Virus record (IMG/VR): IMGVR_UViG_2554235473_000004
Coordinates: 1-43,318 of that record
Reading direction: 5' to 3' (one strand)
Length of the DNA: 43,318 bases
Origin: a virus
Part shown: in pieces, positions 16,819 through 27,128 of the stretch
How positions within the stretch are numbered: the first letter of the stretch is position 1
Layout: the number at the start of each line of letters is the position of its first letter
The notes under the pieces: generated by a model
Seen by the model: only the letters and a program-made list of their open reading frames with translations
Databases searched by the model: none
What the model was told of the DNA's origin: nothing
Translations under genes and position numbers: made by a program

Positions 16819-19587
16819 TCAGACGTTGCGTGAGACGGCACTAATCCCAGACCGGATTTCGCCGAAGACATCGCGCGCGGCTTTGCGACTCCCGAGTGTC
16901 AGCGACACCTTCCGGGCGTTGCTGTTGATATTCCGCAGTTCCATCGGGCCTTCAAACGGCAGTTGCTCGGTAGGGATCGACGCGACAAGCGACTGGTCGG
17001 GATCGGCCTTACGAACAGTCACATCAGCCTCTTCAAGCGGCGCAGCCACCTCGCGGACGACCGCGAGCGCCACCTGTTGGCACTCACGGTTGCTCGTTGC
17101 ATCAGGGACTGACTCGCGCAGCGTATCGGGATCGTCGACGGCGGGCTGAGTGTACCGCCCCTCGAAGCGCGCCTCGTAGTCGATGGCGTACTCCGTATCG
17201 GGTGACATCGATCCGCCTTCGAGAATCTCGATGGTTCCATCTGAGTTGTCGAGCAGGTAGTCGATGTTGTGCTCGTATTGCGTCGAGCGGTCACCGACAT
17301 CGTAGACGGTCTCGGACCCCGTGTCGACCGGCGACTCCTCGAGGCCTACATTAAGTCCGGGCTCGTTCGTGACAAACGTCTCACCCTCTACGTCGTAGCT
17401 TTTCCCCTCTGCGATCACGCGCTGGTACGAACCTTCGATGGTTCGCGCACCCTCGAACGAGACCAGATCGGGCTCGATATCGGCGACGCGCTGGCCGGGC
17501 TGCGTCCATTCGATACGGTACTCCGCATCGGCGCCCGGCGCCGCACGCCGGAGCTCCCAGATGAAGTCGCCGGCGTCGGCGATCCGATTCAAGACCTCTT
17601 CAGCCGTCCCGCGATGAACGAAGTCGAGCAGGACAGGCGTGTTGACGAGGTCACCAAACAGGTCGACGAAGTCCAGCCGCTGCGGCTCGTCGCCGAACTG
17701 TCCGGACTGCGACCCTGAGTCCTCGCGACCCAAGCGAACACGCGCTTGGAGAATCTGGCCCGGCGAGGCGAACGACGTCTCGAAGCTCGTCGCGTTCGTG
17801 GCTGTCTGCCACGAGGCAGTCGTGTCATTCCGCAGCGCGAGCTGCTCCGGACCGGTGTCGCTGTCCACCTCGACATCGATGCGTCCGGCAACGACTTGCT
17901 CGACGGACCCCACGGGCGAAAACACGACCTCGGATGACGCCGGGCGCTGCTGCCAGCCCGTGACGACGCCGTTGACTGGCGTTGTATCGTCCAGGTCGTA
18001 GCTGAAGCGAGCATCGCGGACGTGAACAAAGTCGAGATAGACATCGGCACCGGACGACAACAGCTGCCCTACCTCGACCGCGTACGTCCCAGGCGTGAGG
18101 TCACCGACCCCGTCGTTGAGTGTCACGTCAAAGGTTGCGAGCTCGAACTGGCCACCGGTCTGGTTGAGGCCGCCCTCACCGAACGACTCGACGAGCGTTT
18201 CCGTGCCGTCGGGCTGGGTAAGTGTAAACTCCAGTCCCGGTCCCGGATCCGACGGGACTCCGTACACGATCCGCACTCGTGCCTCGCCCTCGGGAATAGT
18301 GTAGTTGAGGTCGAACTCGAACTCGCGGCCGTCGCCGGAACTAAGATACACGGACTGCCCGCCGGACCACTCGCCGCCCTGCGTCGTGTTGACCGACCCG
18401 CTGCCGTCACCGGTCTCCGCCTCGAAGAACCACCCTGTCTTGTAGGCAAACACCTCGTTGTCCTGTACCGTCAGCGGACTCGTATCTGGGAAGGGATCGC
18501 CACTGCCTTCGGCGCCGTCGGCAAAGTCGCCGGAGTCGCTCGCCTGGAAGAGTCGGACGTCTTCGCGGGCGCTCGTCTGCGGGTCGTCGACGTTCGCGAC
18601 CCAACCGAGTTCGTTCTCGATTACTTGCTCGGCGGCGACGTGTGCCTCCTCTTCTGGGAACTCGATCCCGTCGATGTCATCGTTGAGTGTCATGCCACCC
18701 TTGGCGACGAGCACGTCGCGCGTCTCGTCGCGCTCGACCGTCCGCAACTCCTCGATTGGCAGCCGCGTGCCGTCCTTCCAGACGCGAGTCGTTGACCCTT
18801 CGACGTCGGCGTCCTCCCACGTCGACGAGCGCGGGACTGGGATGCGGACCTGCGGCTTCGCTTTGAGTCGCGGGTTCCACTCTGCCCCCTCAACCACTGT
18901 CGGCGAGAGTGGCTCATCGGCGTCGGGGTGGTCGATCTCAACGTACCACCCTCGCGGTGGGACATGCCGGTCGCGAATGCCGTCAAGCGCGGGTGTTACC
19001 GCTGTGTCGGTATTGCTATCGGCCTCGGCGTGTTCGGTGAACGGTCGGATTCGATAGCGGTATTCGCGGCCGGGCTGTGCCGTATCATCGATGGCCGATT
19101 CGGTGTTAGGGCCGGCATCAAAAACGGCACGTTGCCGGCCCCACGAGCCGTCTGGGAGGGACCGCTCTCGAACGATGAGTTGACCTGCCTCGTTGTCGGC
19201 ATTATCCGTCCACGCGAGATCGACTGTCGTCTCGTCGATGACTGTCACCGAGAGCGCCGTCGCGCCGGGGAACTGCGTCGTGATCGCGGCTGGAGTGGTC
19301 CACGACCCGGTGACGTGTTCAGTCTCCGTCCGAGCGCGGATCTCATACTGCTCGCCGTCCTCGCGGCCAACAAACTCCATCGAGAGTGTGTCGAACGAGC
19401 CCACGAACTCACCGAAGCCGGCGGCAGTGGAATCCCACGAGGTCGCCACAGTCTCCCGGATCTGGATGCGGACCGAGCCGTAGTTTGAGACAGCACTCTC
19501 GCGGTCGACAGCGACCTCGTCCTCGACGCCGTTGCCGAGCACGGGCTGGTTCTCGTCGGGGAGATCGGTCGTGAATGTGGCGGGCAT
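16819..19587 (-). CDS. Tail tip/hub-type structural protein with FN3 domains (922 aa)
   Basis: Two N-terminal FN3-like repeats (YEIRART; YRYRIRPF); last gene of the tail operon. Confidence 0.8.
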   Translation of the reverse strand: MPATFTTDLPDENQPVLGNGVEDEVAVDRESAVSNYGSVRIQIRETVATSWDSTAAGFGEFVGSFDTLSMEFVGREDGEQYEIRARTETEHVTGSWTTPAAITTQFPGATALSVTVIDETTVDLAWTDNADNEAGQLIVRERSLPDGSWGRQRAVFDAGPNTESAIDDTAQPGREYRYRIRPFTEHAEADSNTDTAVTPALDGIRDRHVPPRGWYVEIDHPDADEPLSPTVVEGAEWNPRLKAKPQVRIPVPRSSTWEDADVEGSTTRVWKDGTRLPIEELRTVERDETRDVLVAKGGMTLNDDIDGIEFPEEEAHVAAEQVIENELGWVANVDDPQTSAREDVRLFQASDSGDFADGAEGSGDPFPDTSPLTVQDNEVFAYKTGWFFEAETGDGSGSVNTTQGGEWSGGQSVYLSSGDGREFEFDLNYTIPEGEARVRIVYGVPSDPGPGLEFTLTQPDGTETLVESFGEGGLNQTGGQFELATFDVTLNDGVGDLTPGTYAVEVGQLLSSGADVYLDFVHVRDARFSYDLDDTTPVNGVVTGWQQRPASSEVVFSPVGSVEQVVAGRIDVEVDSDTGPEQLALRNDTTASWQTATNATSFETSFASPGQILQARVRLGREDSGSQSGQFGDEPQRLDFVDLFGDLVNTPVLLDFVHRGTAEEVLNRIADAGDFIWELRRAAPGADAEYRIEWTQPGQRVADIEPDLVSFEGARTIEGSYQRVIAEGKSYDVEGETFVTNEPGLNVGLEESPVDTGSETVYDVGDRSTQYEHNIDYLLDNSDGTIEILEGGSMSPDTEYAIDYEARFEGRYTQPAVDDPDTLRESVPDATSNRECQQVALAVVREVAAPLEEADVTVRKADPDQSLVASIPTEQLPFEGPMELRNINSNARKVSLTLGSRKAARDVFGEIRSGISAVSRNV

Positions 19588-22500
19588 TATTCGTCGAACA
19601 CCTCCGTGTCATCAGTGAAGATACTCGCGCGGGTGACGTACGCCTCGCCGTTCTTGAGGTCGGAGAGGGTCTTTTTGACTCGCGAGAGCGGCGGCGCCCA
19701 TTCCGGGCTGTTGGCGAAGTCTCCATCCCACCCGTTAGGCGATTTGTCTTCCAGAGATGTGTTACTCGGGCCGCCGTCGTAGTCGTACTTTATCAGCAGC
19801 CCGGCGGTAGGCGGGGATGCCCCTAACACGTCTAACGCTTCTGCGTCGGACAGTTTTCTGTCGTAGATCCTCACCGTGTCGATTTTGCCCTGAAGCCTCC
19901 TTTCGCCGTCGCTCCAAGAGCCTGTCTCAACCGTGCCGATTTGCTCAATATCGTCTAAGTGGTTCTCAGTGTACGTTTTGATCTTCTCTCCGTCGTGGTA
20001 GAAGTCGCCGGTGTCGGTCCCGTAGTCGTATGTCCAAACCACCTCGTGAACATCCCCTGACACGAAGTCGCTCGAGGGGAGCGCGCTCTCAGACGGCCCG
20101 TTTGTGTGGCTCCATGCGCGGTAACTGCCGCCGCTCGACAGATCCTCTATTTGGAGGAGGTGCTGCCCCGCGCCGACGAGCGATTGCTTAGAGTTAGCCG
20201 TCCCGTCTAAAGCAAACCTGACGGCAATGGAGAAACCACCCCGCGCGTTGGATATGTTAGTGTCCGCTTTAGTGTACCCGTTCGTATAGTTGAGCGAGTA
20301 CTGCGGCGGGAGGTCGCCCCCGTTTTGCGTGTAGGTCGAGATGCCGTCCCACCACATTTCGAGCGCGCCGTCACCCCACCCGCCAACAACGTGGTAGTTC
20401 CACAACTCCACCGTCTCCACGTCGACGCCCTGTTTGAGCGGTATGTCCGACTCCGAGTAGGTGGCCTCGTCTGGCCCGTAGCTCTCGAAGTCGACGCTGA
20501 ACGTCCCAGCCGACCAGTCGAACACGACGAGGAAACGGACCCAGTGGCTGTATCCGCCTTCACCGGTTGCGGGTTCTCGCTGTCCGTTCGCGTCGTCAAT
20601 GACCCACGCAGGATTATCAGTAGCCACGCCGAGTTCGTAGTCACCGTTGCTGTTTTTGAGCCGGACGCCGCCTCCGTAGCTGTTCTCCGTTTCACGCCAA
20701 TAGAACTCGAACGCTCTGATCTGTTCGCCGCCGTCGTGATATACACGGCTGGCTCGGGGTTGGCTGTCGGAATCACCGCTCGGCCTCTGAGCGTACGCGC
20801 TCCAGTCACCGAAGTACGACTCGTCGTCGACGCGCTGGAAGCCCTTCTGTTCGGTCCACGCGTCGAAGTCGCCCTGCGCCTCGAAGCTGGAAACCGGTCC
20901 CGAATACGCGCGGTACCCCGCCTTGTTGTTGGCGTTGTCCTCGAACAGCACGTCCGCGCTGTCAGCGGTCACGCCCGACACGGTGAGTGCTGTCGGCGCC
21001 GGGAGGTTCGTCGTCGCCTCGCCCGCGGCCCGCTCGCTGTCGATCTCTACGCCCGGCGAGCCGCGCCGATGCTGGATGATTGAGTCGTTGACTTCCACCC
21101 GATACCGCTCACCGTCGAGGAGATTCGTGAACGTGTAGGTCTCCATGCCGCTGTCGCGGTTTACCCCGGTGAGCGAGTCACCAGTTGGCCCGAACCACGT
21201 TTCGGTGTCTCGCACGTCCGCCTTCGCCGCGACCGACGCGCTCAACGACCACGTCGCCGTAATCTCGCGTCCTGTAGAGGCGTCGAGCGACAGGTTAGAT
21301 GGGGTGGCGGGTGTCGTATATTCGTGGAGCACGTCGGAGACGACGAATCGGTCGACAGCGTGCTGATCTCCGCCTCCGAGGCCGCCGACGCCGAGGACCC
21401 TGACGCGGCTGTCCGCCGACAGCCACGAGTCGGGGATGATCTCGTGGACCTCGACCCAGCCCTGCTCGTTGTACGAATGGTCCAACCGTTCTACAGTATT
21501 CCACGAAGACCCGTCGTACCACTGGATCTCGGTGTACTCAGACGCGTTGTCCATCGAGCCGGTGGCGAGCGCGCACCGTACGAGTACGCTCGTCTCCCCG
21601 GTCAGGTCGCCGAGGCTCTTTTCGACGAAACCCTCCGCGTCGAAGGTCGCAAAATAGGAACCGCTGTCGGGTCCGTTGATTCCCGTGTCTGCGGCGTTAG
21701 GGTGCGACGCGTCCCCCGTCGCAACGACCCCGGTTGTACTATCCCACGCCGACAGGTCGCCGCTCTCGAAGTCGTCTGCGAAGTAGACGTTCCCCTCGTT
21801 GCCGTAATCAGCGTACACGAAGCCCGAGTCGAGCCCCGAGGAGACGTGTTCGTGGCGTAGACGGAATTGGTATCGAGCATCCCGCTCGAACCACGCTGCG
21901 TCGCCAACGGACACGGTCAGAGACCGCTGAGCACCCTTCGAGACCGCGCCGGTGCTAATCGCATCGGTGTACTGCCATGAGCCGTAGCCTGACCCGCTGT
22001 CCTTCCTGTAGAAAACGGCAGTCTTGTCTGCGACGTCGCTATTATCTGTGTATTCGATGACAAGGGTGTCGCCGTCCGGGCGGTTGATACTCGGGTCGTG
22101 CGGCGAGAGGGGTCGCGTGCGAACCGGATCAGTGTACGTCCAGTCGGACGGCCCGGCGTCGTTGACGGCCCGAACTCGAAACTCAAACTTCGAGTCGATC
22201 CCAATCTGCTCGCCGTAGCCACTGTCCGAGCTCGGACCGTAGCTGTACGTCCCAGCAGTGGACGTCGACGACGGACCGCCGGCGGGCGTCTGCCACGATC
22301 CTTCATCGCGCCGCATCTCTACCTCGAAGTTATCGGGGTCGCCCGCCGACGCGTCCTCGGATATGCTCACGTCGATCTGGTCGTCGGCGACGTACGCGGC
22401 CGACGCGCCCGGCGCGACCGGCGCCACCTCGTAGGTGATGGTGACGAGCCCACCCTGCGAGTAGGAGCGGGAGGAGGTGCCGCGCTCGTTCGCAGTGACG

Positions 22501-23144
22501 GTATCGAGACCGTCATCGTAGTTCGAGCCGCCCCCGCCGCCGTCCGATTCGTTTGTCCCTGTGCTGGTGACGTTCGAGCTCCCCGCGCCGCCGCCGTACC
22601 AGCCGGCGCCGCCGCCGCCGGCGCCTATGTCGTTAGATTCACCGGGGTGGTCGCCGCCGGAACCGAATTCGCCGTCGTTACCGGCTGAACTGTCTGTCCC
22701 GCCCGCGCCGCCTGATGACTGCGTGCCGCCCTCCCCGGCGTCGCTTCCGTACTGGCCGTCTTCGCCAGTATCTGCGCCGCCGTCGCCGCCGAGAAAGTCG
22801 TCGTACGGGTAGAACTCATCAAGTTCTCCGTATATGCCGCCTCCGCCGCCGCCTGCCGCGACGGCGATACGGTCACTGAGCGCGGTGCCGCCCCTGCGAA
22901 TGTCGATAGAGTCGCCGCCGTTCTGCCCGTCGCTCGCGCCGCCCGGGCTGCTGCGTATATACAGCGTTTCGCCGGGCGAGACAGATAGATCTCCCGCTAC
23001 GCGCCCGCCGTCTCCGGACTCGAAGATCTGTTGATTAGAGTTGTTTATTACCTGGCCCTTTGTGCCCTCGAGCTCGACTGTAATGGTATCGACACCGATC
23101 GGCACAACGAAGTCCTCACCAGGAGTGAACGTCTCAGTGACCAT
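19587..23144 (-). CDS. Putative receptor-binding/adhesin protein (Gly-rich, FN3, lectin/LamG-like; 1185 aa)
   Basis: AAGGGGGG Gly-rich N-terminus, several FN3 repeats, C-terminal LamG-like segment (HEVVWTYD...GKIDTVRIYDRKLS). Confidence 0.8.
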   Translation of the reverse strand: MVTETFTPGEDFVVPIGVDTITVELEGTKGQVINNSNQQIFESGDGGRVAGDLSVSPGETLYIRSSPGGASDGQNGGDSIDIRRGGTALSDRIAVAAGGGGGGIYGELDEFYPYDDFLGGDGGADTGEDGQYGSDAGEGGTQSSGGAGGTDSSAGNDGEFGSGGDHPGESNDIGAGGGGAGWYGGGAGSSNVTSTGTNESDGGGGGSNYDDGLDTVTANERGTSSRSYSQGGLVTITYEVAPVAPGASAAYVADDQIDVSISEDASAGDPDNFEVEMRRDEGSWQTPAGGPSSTSTAGTYSYGPSSDSGYGEQIGIDSKFEFRVRAVNDAGPSDWTYTDPVRTRPLSPHDPSINRPDGDTLVIEYTDNSDVADKTAVFYRKDSGSGYGSWQYTDAISTGAVSKGAQRSLTVSVGDAAWFERDARYQFRLRHEHVSSGLDSGFVYADYGNEGNVYFADDFESGDLSAWDSTTGVVATGDASHPNAADTGINGPDSGSYFATFDAEGFVEKSLGDLTGETSVLVRCALATGSMDNASEYTEIQWYDGSSWNTVERLDHSYNEQGWVEVHEIIPDSWLSADSRVRVLGVGGLGGGDQHAVDRFVVSDVLHEYTTPATPSNLSLDASTGREITATWSLSASVAAKADVRDTETWFGPTGDSLTGVNRDSGMETYTFTNLLDGERYRVEVNDSIIQHRRGSPGVEIDSERAAGEATTNLPAPTALTVSGVTADSADVLFEDNANNKAGYRAYSGPVSSFEAQGDFDAWTEQKGFQRVDDESYFGDWSAYAQRPSGDSDSQPRASRVYHDGGEQIRAFEFYWRETENSYGGGVRLKNSNGDYELGVATDNPAWVIDDANGQREPATGEGGYSHWVRFLVVFDWSAGTFSVDFESYGPDEATYSESDIPLKQGVDVETVELWNYHVVGGWGDGALEMWWDGISTYTQNGGDLPPQYSLNYTNGYTKADTNISNARGGFSIAVRFALDGTANSKQSLVGAGQHLLQIEDLSSGGSYRAWSHTNGPSESALPSSDFVSGDVHEVVWTYDYGTDTGDFYHDGEKIKTYTENHLDDIEQIGTVETGSWSDGERRLQGKIDTVRIYDRKLSDAEALDVLGASPPTAGLLIKYDYDGGPSNTSLEDKSPNGWDGDFANSPEWAPPLSRVKKTLSDLKNGEAYVTRASIFTDDTEVFDE

Positions 23145-24340
23145 CAGCGGCGCACCTCCTCACGCGCGACAAGGCCCTGTTCGACGCCCGGGTCGATCAC
23201 CGTCGTCGCCGCAATCGGGTCGAGCAGCGCCTCCAAGTCCGCAGGCATCTCGCCGTCACTCGTCTCCGTGATGAACAGCGCGTCGCGGCCGCGGTCAAGT
23301 TGGACGTCGGCCGCGTAGATGTCACCCGCCTGGTCGCCGGCGACCGCCTCGAACTCGATCCGCACGGCAACGCGTGACTGTCCAATCCTCACGAGGTCAA
23401 CGTCCAGCGGAGTCCAGTCCGTCGCGATGTCGCCGTCAGCGTACGAGGGCAGGCCGACCACGCTCCACGAGTCACTGGTGGCGTCGTACGTCTCGGCCTG
23501 GAGACTGGCTGTCGAGTCTGTAATGTCGGGCTCGTCGATGGTGACTCGTAAGAGGCCATTCTCGATGACGACAGCACCGTCGAAGTCGTGGCTGGTAGCG
23601 AACACGCATCCCCAAGACATGATGTCGTCGGCGTCACGAATCGAGTCGTTCCCGTACGTGTCCCACACGCCGGGGTCGACGTCGCCCTGGAGCTCGTAGG
23701 CGAGGTCGTAGAGGTAGGTCGGTTCGTCGATTGTCTCGGCTGTCGCGTCGAACAGGTCGACAGCGCCATGTTCTGCCTCGACCGTCGCGACGGGCGTGGG
23801 TCGATCTCGCTGCGTCGGCTGTGAGGTCGAGTCGACGATACGGACGCGCCGGGCGTCGGCCGGGATGCCAACGAGGCCAGTGAGGTCGTTGCCGAACGGA
23901 CTGCCGGGGGTGGGCTGGTTTGGAGCTGTCTCAACAGAAATCTCGTGTTTCTTCCGCGTTCCAGCCCGCTCCAACGTGAGCGTCAGGGACTCAGTGGCGT
24001 CAATTACAGCTAGATCAGATCCAGCCGGGTCGGCCATGATCGGGTTGCGACTCGTCGAGCTCGCAATGTAATAGCCGTCGAACCCGGCGTGGGTACACTC
24101 TCCGAACGGGAGAGCGTCGATAGCTGGGTTGTTCCCGAGCTGTTCAAGCGCGTTCGCGTACCAGGTGGCACGCCGATCGCTGTCAAACCGGACGTCAATA
24201 TCAAACGAACGGGAGCTGACTCCGTTGGATTTGACGAACGTGCCTGCGTTCAGAACGGATGTGGTCGCTGTCTCGTGCCCACCAGACCGGGGAGCGATCT
24301 CGGTCCTTCTATCCGGAAGGTCGATTGTGTAGAGGTTCAT
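23144..24340 (-). CDS. Minor tail protein (distal-tail position)
   Basis: Immediately downstream of the tape measure gene; 398 aa. Confidence 0.7.
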   Translation of the reverse strand: MNLYTIDLPDRRTEIAPRSGGHETATTSVLNAGTFVKSNGVSSRSFDIDVRFDSDRRATWYANALEQLGNNPAIDALPFGECTHAGFDGYYIASSTSRNPIMADPAGSDLAVIDATESLTLTLERAGTRKKHEISVETAPNQPTPGSPFGNDLTGLVGIPADARRVRIVDSTSQPTQRDRPTPVATVEAEHGAVDLFDATAETIDEPTYLYDLAYELQGDVDPGVWDTYGNDSIRDADDIMSWGCVFATSHDFDGAVVIENGLLRVTIDEPDITDSTASLQAETYDATSDSWSVVGLPSYADGDIATDWTPLDVDLVRIGQSRVAVRIEFEAVAGDQAGDIYAADVQLDRGRDALFITETSDGEMPADLEALLDPIAATTVIDPGVEQGLVAREEVRR

Positions 24341-26571
24341 TAGCGGCTTTGCTTGCCAGCGTCGGCAATCTTGGTGTCCACGATATCCTCGATGAACTGT
24401 TCGAAGCCGCGCTGGTCAGTGTCAAGTCGCGCGTCGAGTCGTAACCCGTCGAGCACCTCTCGAAGTGCCGTTTTGAACTCTTCGGGCGTCATCCCGGCGC
24501 TGCCGACGCTGGGGCTCGGTGAGCCACTCGCGCCATCGACGAGGTCAGCCGACGGCGTCGACCAGCCACCGCCTCCGGCAAAGCGCTGCATAAGTATCTT
24601 GAACTCACGCTCGGAGACGCCGAGTGAATCCGCGGTCGCACCCCCGTTAGAAGCAACGGCGTCAAACAGTTCTTTGTTTATTTCTGTTGGTACGTCTTCG
24701 ATCTTATCCGGGTCAGAGACGTACCCGTCGACTCCCTCTTTGAGTGCCGACCGAATTTCGGGCGTCATCTCGCCTTTGATCGGTCCACTCGAACCGGGTG
24801 TGACGGACGGAGTCGCGTTCGCTTCGAACTCTTCTTTCCAGTTCGAGCCGGCTTCTGCGCCTGATTTGCCAACCTTCTCTGGTTCCGGGATGACATCTTC
24901 GGCTTCTGGGGCGATGTCGTTCTCCCCGATGCCCGGAATGTTGGCGATCTGATCGCGGAGCCACGATATTTTGTCGCCGATGAACCCGAAGACAGAGTCC
25001 ACGACGCTCTGTACACCGAACAGGTCTTCTCTCCAAGCGAGATACAGCTGGCCGACCGGCCCGAGCAACGCGAGCATCCAGCTCGGGGCGCTCGTAAACC
25101 AGCGTTTTACCTGCTGGAACGCCGCCTGAGTGGTGTCCTTGATGCCGAGAACGTTGTTGTTCCACGCGTACCACAGCCCGGCGGCGGCGCCGACAAGTGC
25201 GCCGATGGCTGCGATGATCGCCCAGATCGGGACGGTAACCGGCCCGAGTGCGACCTGTGTCGCGATGCCGGCGGTCGAGACCGCGCCGAGTGATGGGACG
25301 AGCGACGTGAGGCTGACGCCGGCGAGGGTGGCGTACGCGCTGGACAGCGCAGACGCCGACGTCACAAGCGTTCCGAGCGCCCAGATGACCGGTCCAAGCG
25401 CGACCCCAAGGGCGCCGGCCGCGATGACCGCCTTCTGCTGTCGCTGGGACAGCCCACTGAACCGGTTCGCGAGCGTCCCGATGTAACCAGCAAGCGTCGA
25501 GACCATCGGCATCAGATCGGCGCCGATCGTGACCGCGGCGTCGTTCAGTTGCGACTTCGTCTTCTGGAGTTCGACGTTGAGCGTGTCCCGCTGGGTGCCA
25601 GCCATCGATTTCGTGGCGCCCTCGGCGTTCTCGATCTGCTTGGTGAACTCTTCAAGCGAGCCACCTCCCTGTTCCATCAGGGCCGCCATCGCCGGGGCCG
25701 CTTCCATCCCGAAGATCTTCGCCGCTTCACCCGCTTCGACGCCCGCCTCTTCCATGTTCTGGAGCAGCTGGGACATCGACACGATTTCGCCCTGTGCGTT
25801 CCGTGTCGTGACCCCCATCTGTTCGAGTTGTTTGGAGGCGGTACTCGTCTCGTCGGAGAGCTGGGACATCACGTTCCGGAGCGCTGTCCCAGCACGCTCG
25901 CCTTGGACGCCAGCGTTGGAGATCGCGCCGATCGCGGCGGCAGTCTCGTCGAGGTCCATCCCGAGAGAGGCAGCGACCGGGCCGACCTGGCTCATCGCCG
26001 TCGACATCTGCTGCATCGTCGTGTTCGAGCTAGCGACGGTCTTCGCGAGCGTGTCTGTGATCTCCCCCGTCTCGGAGGCTTCGCGCCCGTACGCCTTCAT
26101 CGTCGTCGTCAGCACCGACGTTGCCTGTTCGAGGCTCATCTGTCCCGCAGTCGCGAAGTCCGCTGCCTCAGGGAGCGCCTCCATCGATTCGGCGGCGTCA
26201 AGTCCGGCAGAGGAGAGGAAGTACAGCGCCCTCGCGCTCTGTTCGTGAGAGTGCTCGGTGGCGGTCGCGACCTCACGGGCTGTCTGCCGGAGGTCCTCCT
26301 CCATCGTGTCGGAGACGTCACCCATCACCGACATGCTCTCCGCCATCGCCTTGTCGAACGAGGCGGCCTGACGGACAGCCACCCCGCCCATCGCCGCGAG
26401 CGGGGCAGAGATACCCATCGTCATCGTCCGCCCAGCGGACTGCATCTTCTCGCCAGTGGCCTGAGCCCGATCCGAGAGCGAGCCGAGCTGCTGGTCGGCG
26501 TCGCTGACGGCTTTCTCAACGCCCGAGGCGTCGGCGGTGATAATGCCGCGGAGGGTATCAGCGACGGCCAC
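24340..26571 (-). CDS. Tape measure protein
   Basis: 743 aa, Ala/Gly-rich helical; AAIGAISNAGVQGERAGTALRN tape-measure signature; W-spaced repeats. Confidence 0.95.
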   Translation of the reverse strand: MAVADTLRGIITADASGVEKAVSDADQQLGSLSDRAQATGEKMQSAGRTMTMGISAPLAAMGGVAVRQAASFDKAMAESMSVMGDVSDTMEEDLRQTAREVATATEHSHEQSARALYFLSSAGLDAAESMEALPEAADFATAGQMSLEQATSVLTTTMKAYGREASETGEITDTLAKTVASSNTTMQQMSTAMSQVGPVAASLGMDLDETAAAIGAISNAGVQGERAGTALRNVMSQLSDETSTASKQLEQMGVTTRNAQGEIVSMSQLLQNMEEAGVEAGEAAKIFGMEAAPAMAALMEQGGGSLEEFTKQIENAEGATKSMAGTQRDTLNVELQKTKSQLNDAAVTIGADLMPMVSTLAGYIGTLANRFSGLSQRQQKAVIAAGALGVALGPVIWALGTLVTSASALSSAYATLAGVSLTSLVPSLGAVSTAGIATQVALGPVTVPIWAIIAAIGALVGAAAGLWYAWNNNVLGIKDTTQAAFQQVKRWFTSAPSWMLALLGPVGQLYLAWREDLFGVQSVVDSVFGFIGDKISWLRDQIANIPGIGENDIAPEAEDVIPEPEKVGKSGAEAGSNWKEEFEANATPSVTPGSSGPIKGEMTPEIRSALKEGVDGYVSDPDKIEDVPTEINKELFDAVASNGGATADSLGVSEREFKILMQRFAGGGGWSTPSADLVDGASGSPSPSVGSAGMTPEEFKTALREVLDGLRLDARLDTDQRGFEQFIEDIVDTKIADAGKQSR

Positions 26572-26601
26572 GCTGACACCTCCGCCGGCGAGGACGTCTC
26601 A

Positions 26602-26853
26602 TTAGTCTGTTGGCCGGGCGATAAACGCCGCCGGGATTGCAAGTAGAGTCAGCACCCCGATCCCCCACACTGCGTACGCGAGTAGGGGAATGCCGCTCAG
26701 GAGCAGCAGTAGCGCCCCGATCCAGATCGAACACGGCGCACCGAGCAGCCCGAGCCCGACAAGCGGTTTCCACGGTGCGAACCCGCACTCGGGACACGTG
26801 CGGGTGTCTGTTGGTATCGATTCGCCGCACTCGCCGCAGGGTTCGTGGTCCAT
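26602..26853 (-). CDS. Double Zn-ribbon plus 2-TM membrane protein (moron)
   Basis: CGEC...CPEC followed by two hydrophobic segments; own TTATCA box 21 nt before the ATG. Confidence 0.75.
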   Translation of the reverse strand: MDHEPCGECGESIPTDTRTCPECGFAPWKPLVGLGLLGAPCSIWIGALLLLLSGIPLLAYAVWGIGVLTLLAIPAAFIARPTD

Positions 26854-26897
26854 AGTTGATAGTTCGCATGAGTGTGATAAGGTGGTTGGGCCAAGGC

Positions 26898-27128
26898 TCA
26901 GCCGTTCAGCAACTGCTGCCCTCGCTCATCGAGTGTCTGGCCGGGGTTCTCACGACGGTCCTTGAGCCGGGCGAGCCAGAACTCCTGCTCCCAGCCCGGC
27001 ATCTCGTAGAACTCTCGCGGCCCGATGTCCCAGAGAACTTTCAGTTCGTCGAGGCGCCGTCCCCAACCATGTTCTGCAACACGGCGCGCCTCTCTTCCAG
27101 CTTTTCCCGATCCCCTTCGGTCAAAAAA
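26898..27128 (-). CDS. -1 frame extension of the tail assembly chaperone (gpGT-like)
   Basis: Open -1 frame from T TTT TTG (27128-27122) to TGA at 26898: FFDRRGSGKAGREARRVAEHGWGRRLDELKVLWDIGPREFYEMPGWEQEFWLARLK...LLNG. Confidence 0.8.
   Translation of the reverse strand, partial: FFDRRGSGKAGREARRVAEHGWGRRLDELKVLWDIGPREFYEMPGWEQEFWLARLKDRRENPGQTLDERGQQLLNG

Noticed and set aside
22480-22900. Repetitive GCC/CCG-rich tract suggesting a repeat array
   Set aside because: Explained by poly-Gly codons of the adhesin N-terminal domain; no CRISPR-like repeat-spacer structure anywhere in the window.
19587-23144. Diversity-generating retroelement or invertible segment acting on the adhesin
   Set aside because: No reverse transcriptase, second recombinase, template/variable repeat pair or flanking inverted repeats were seen.
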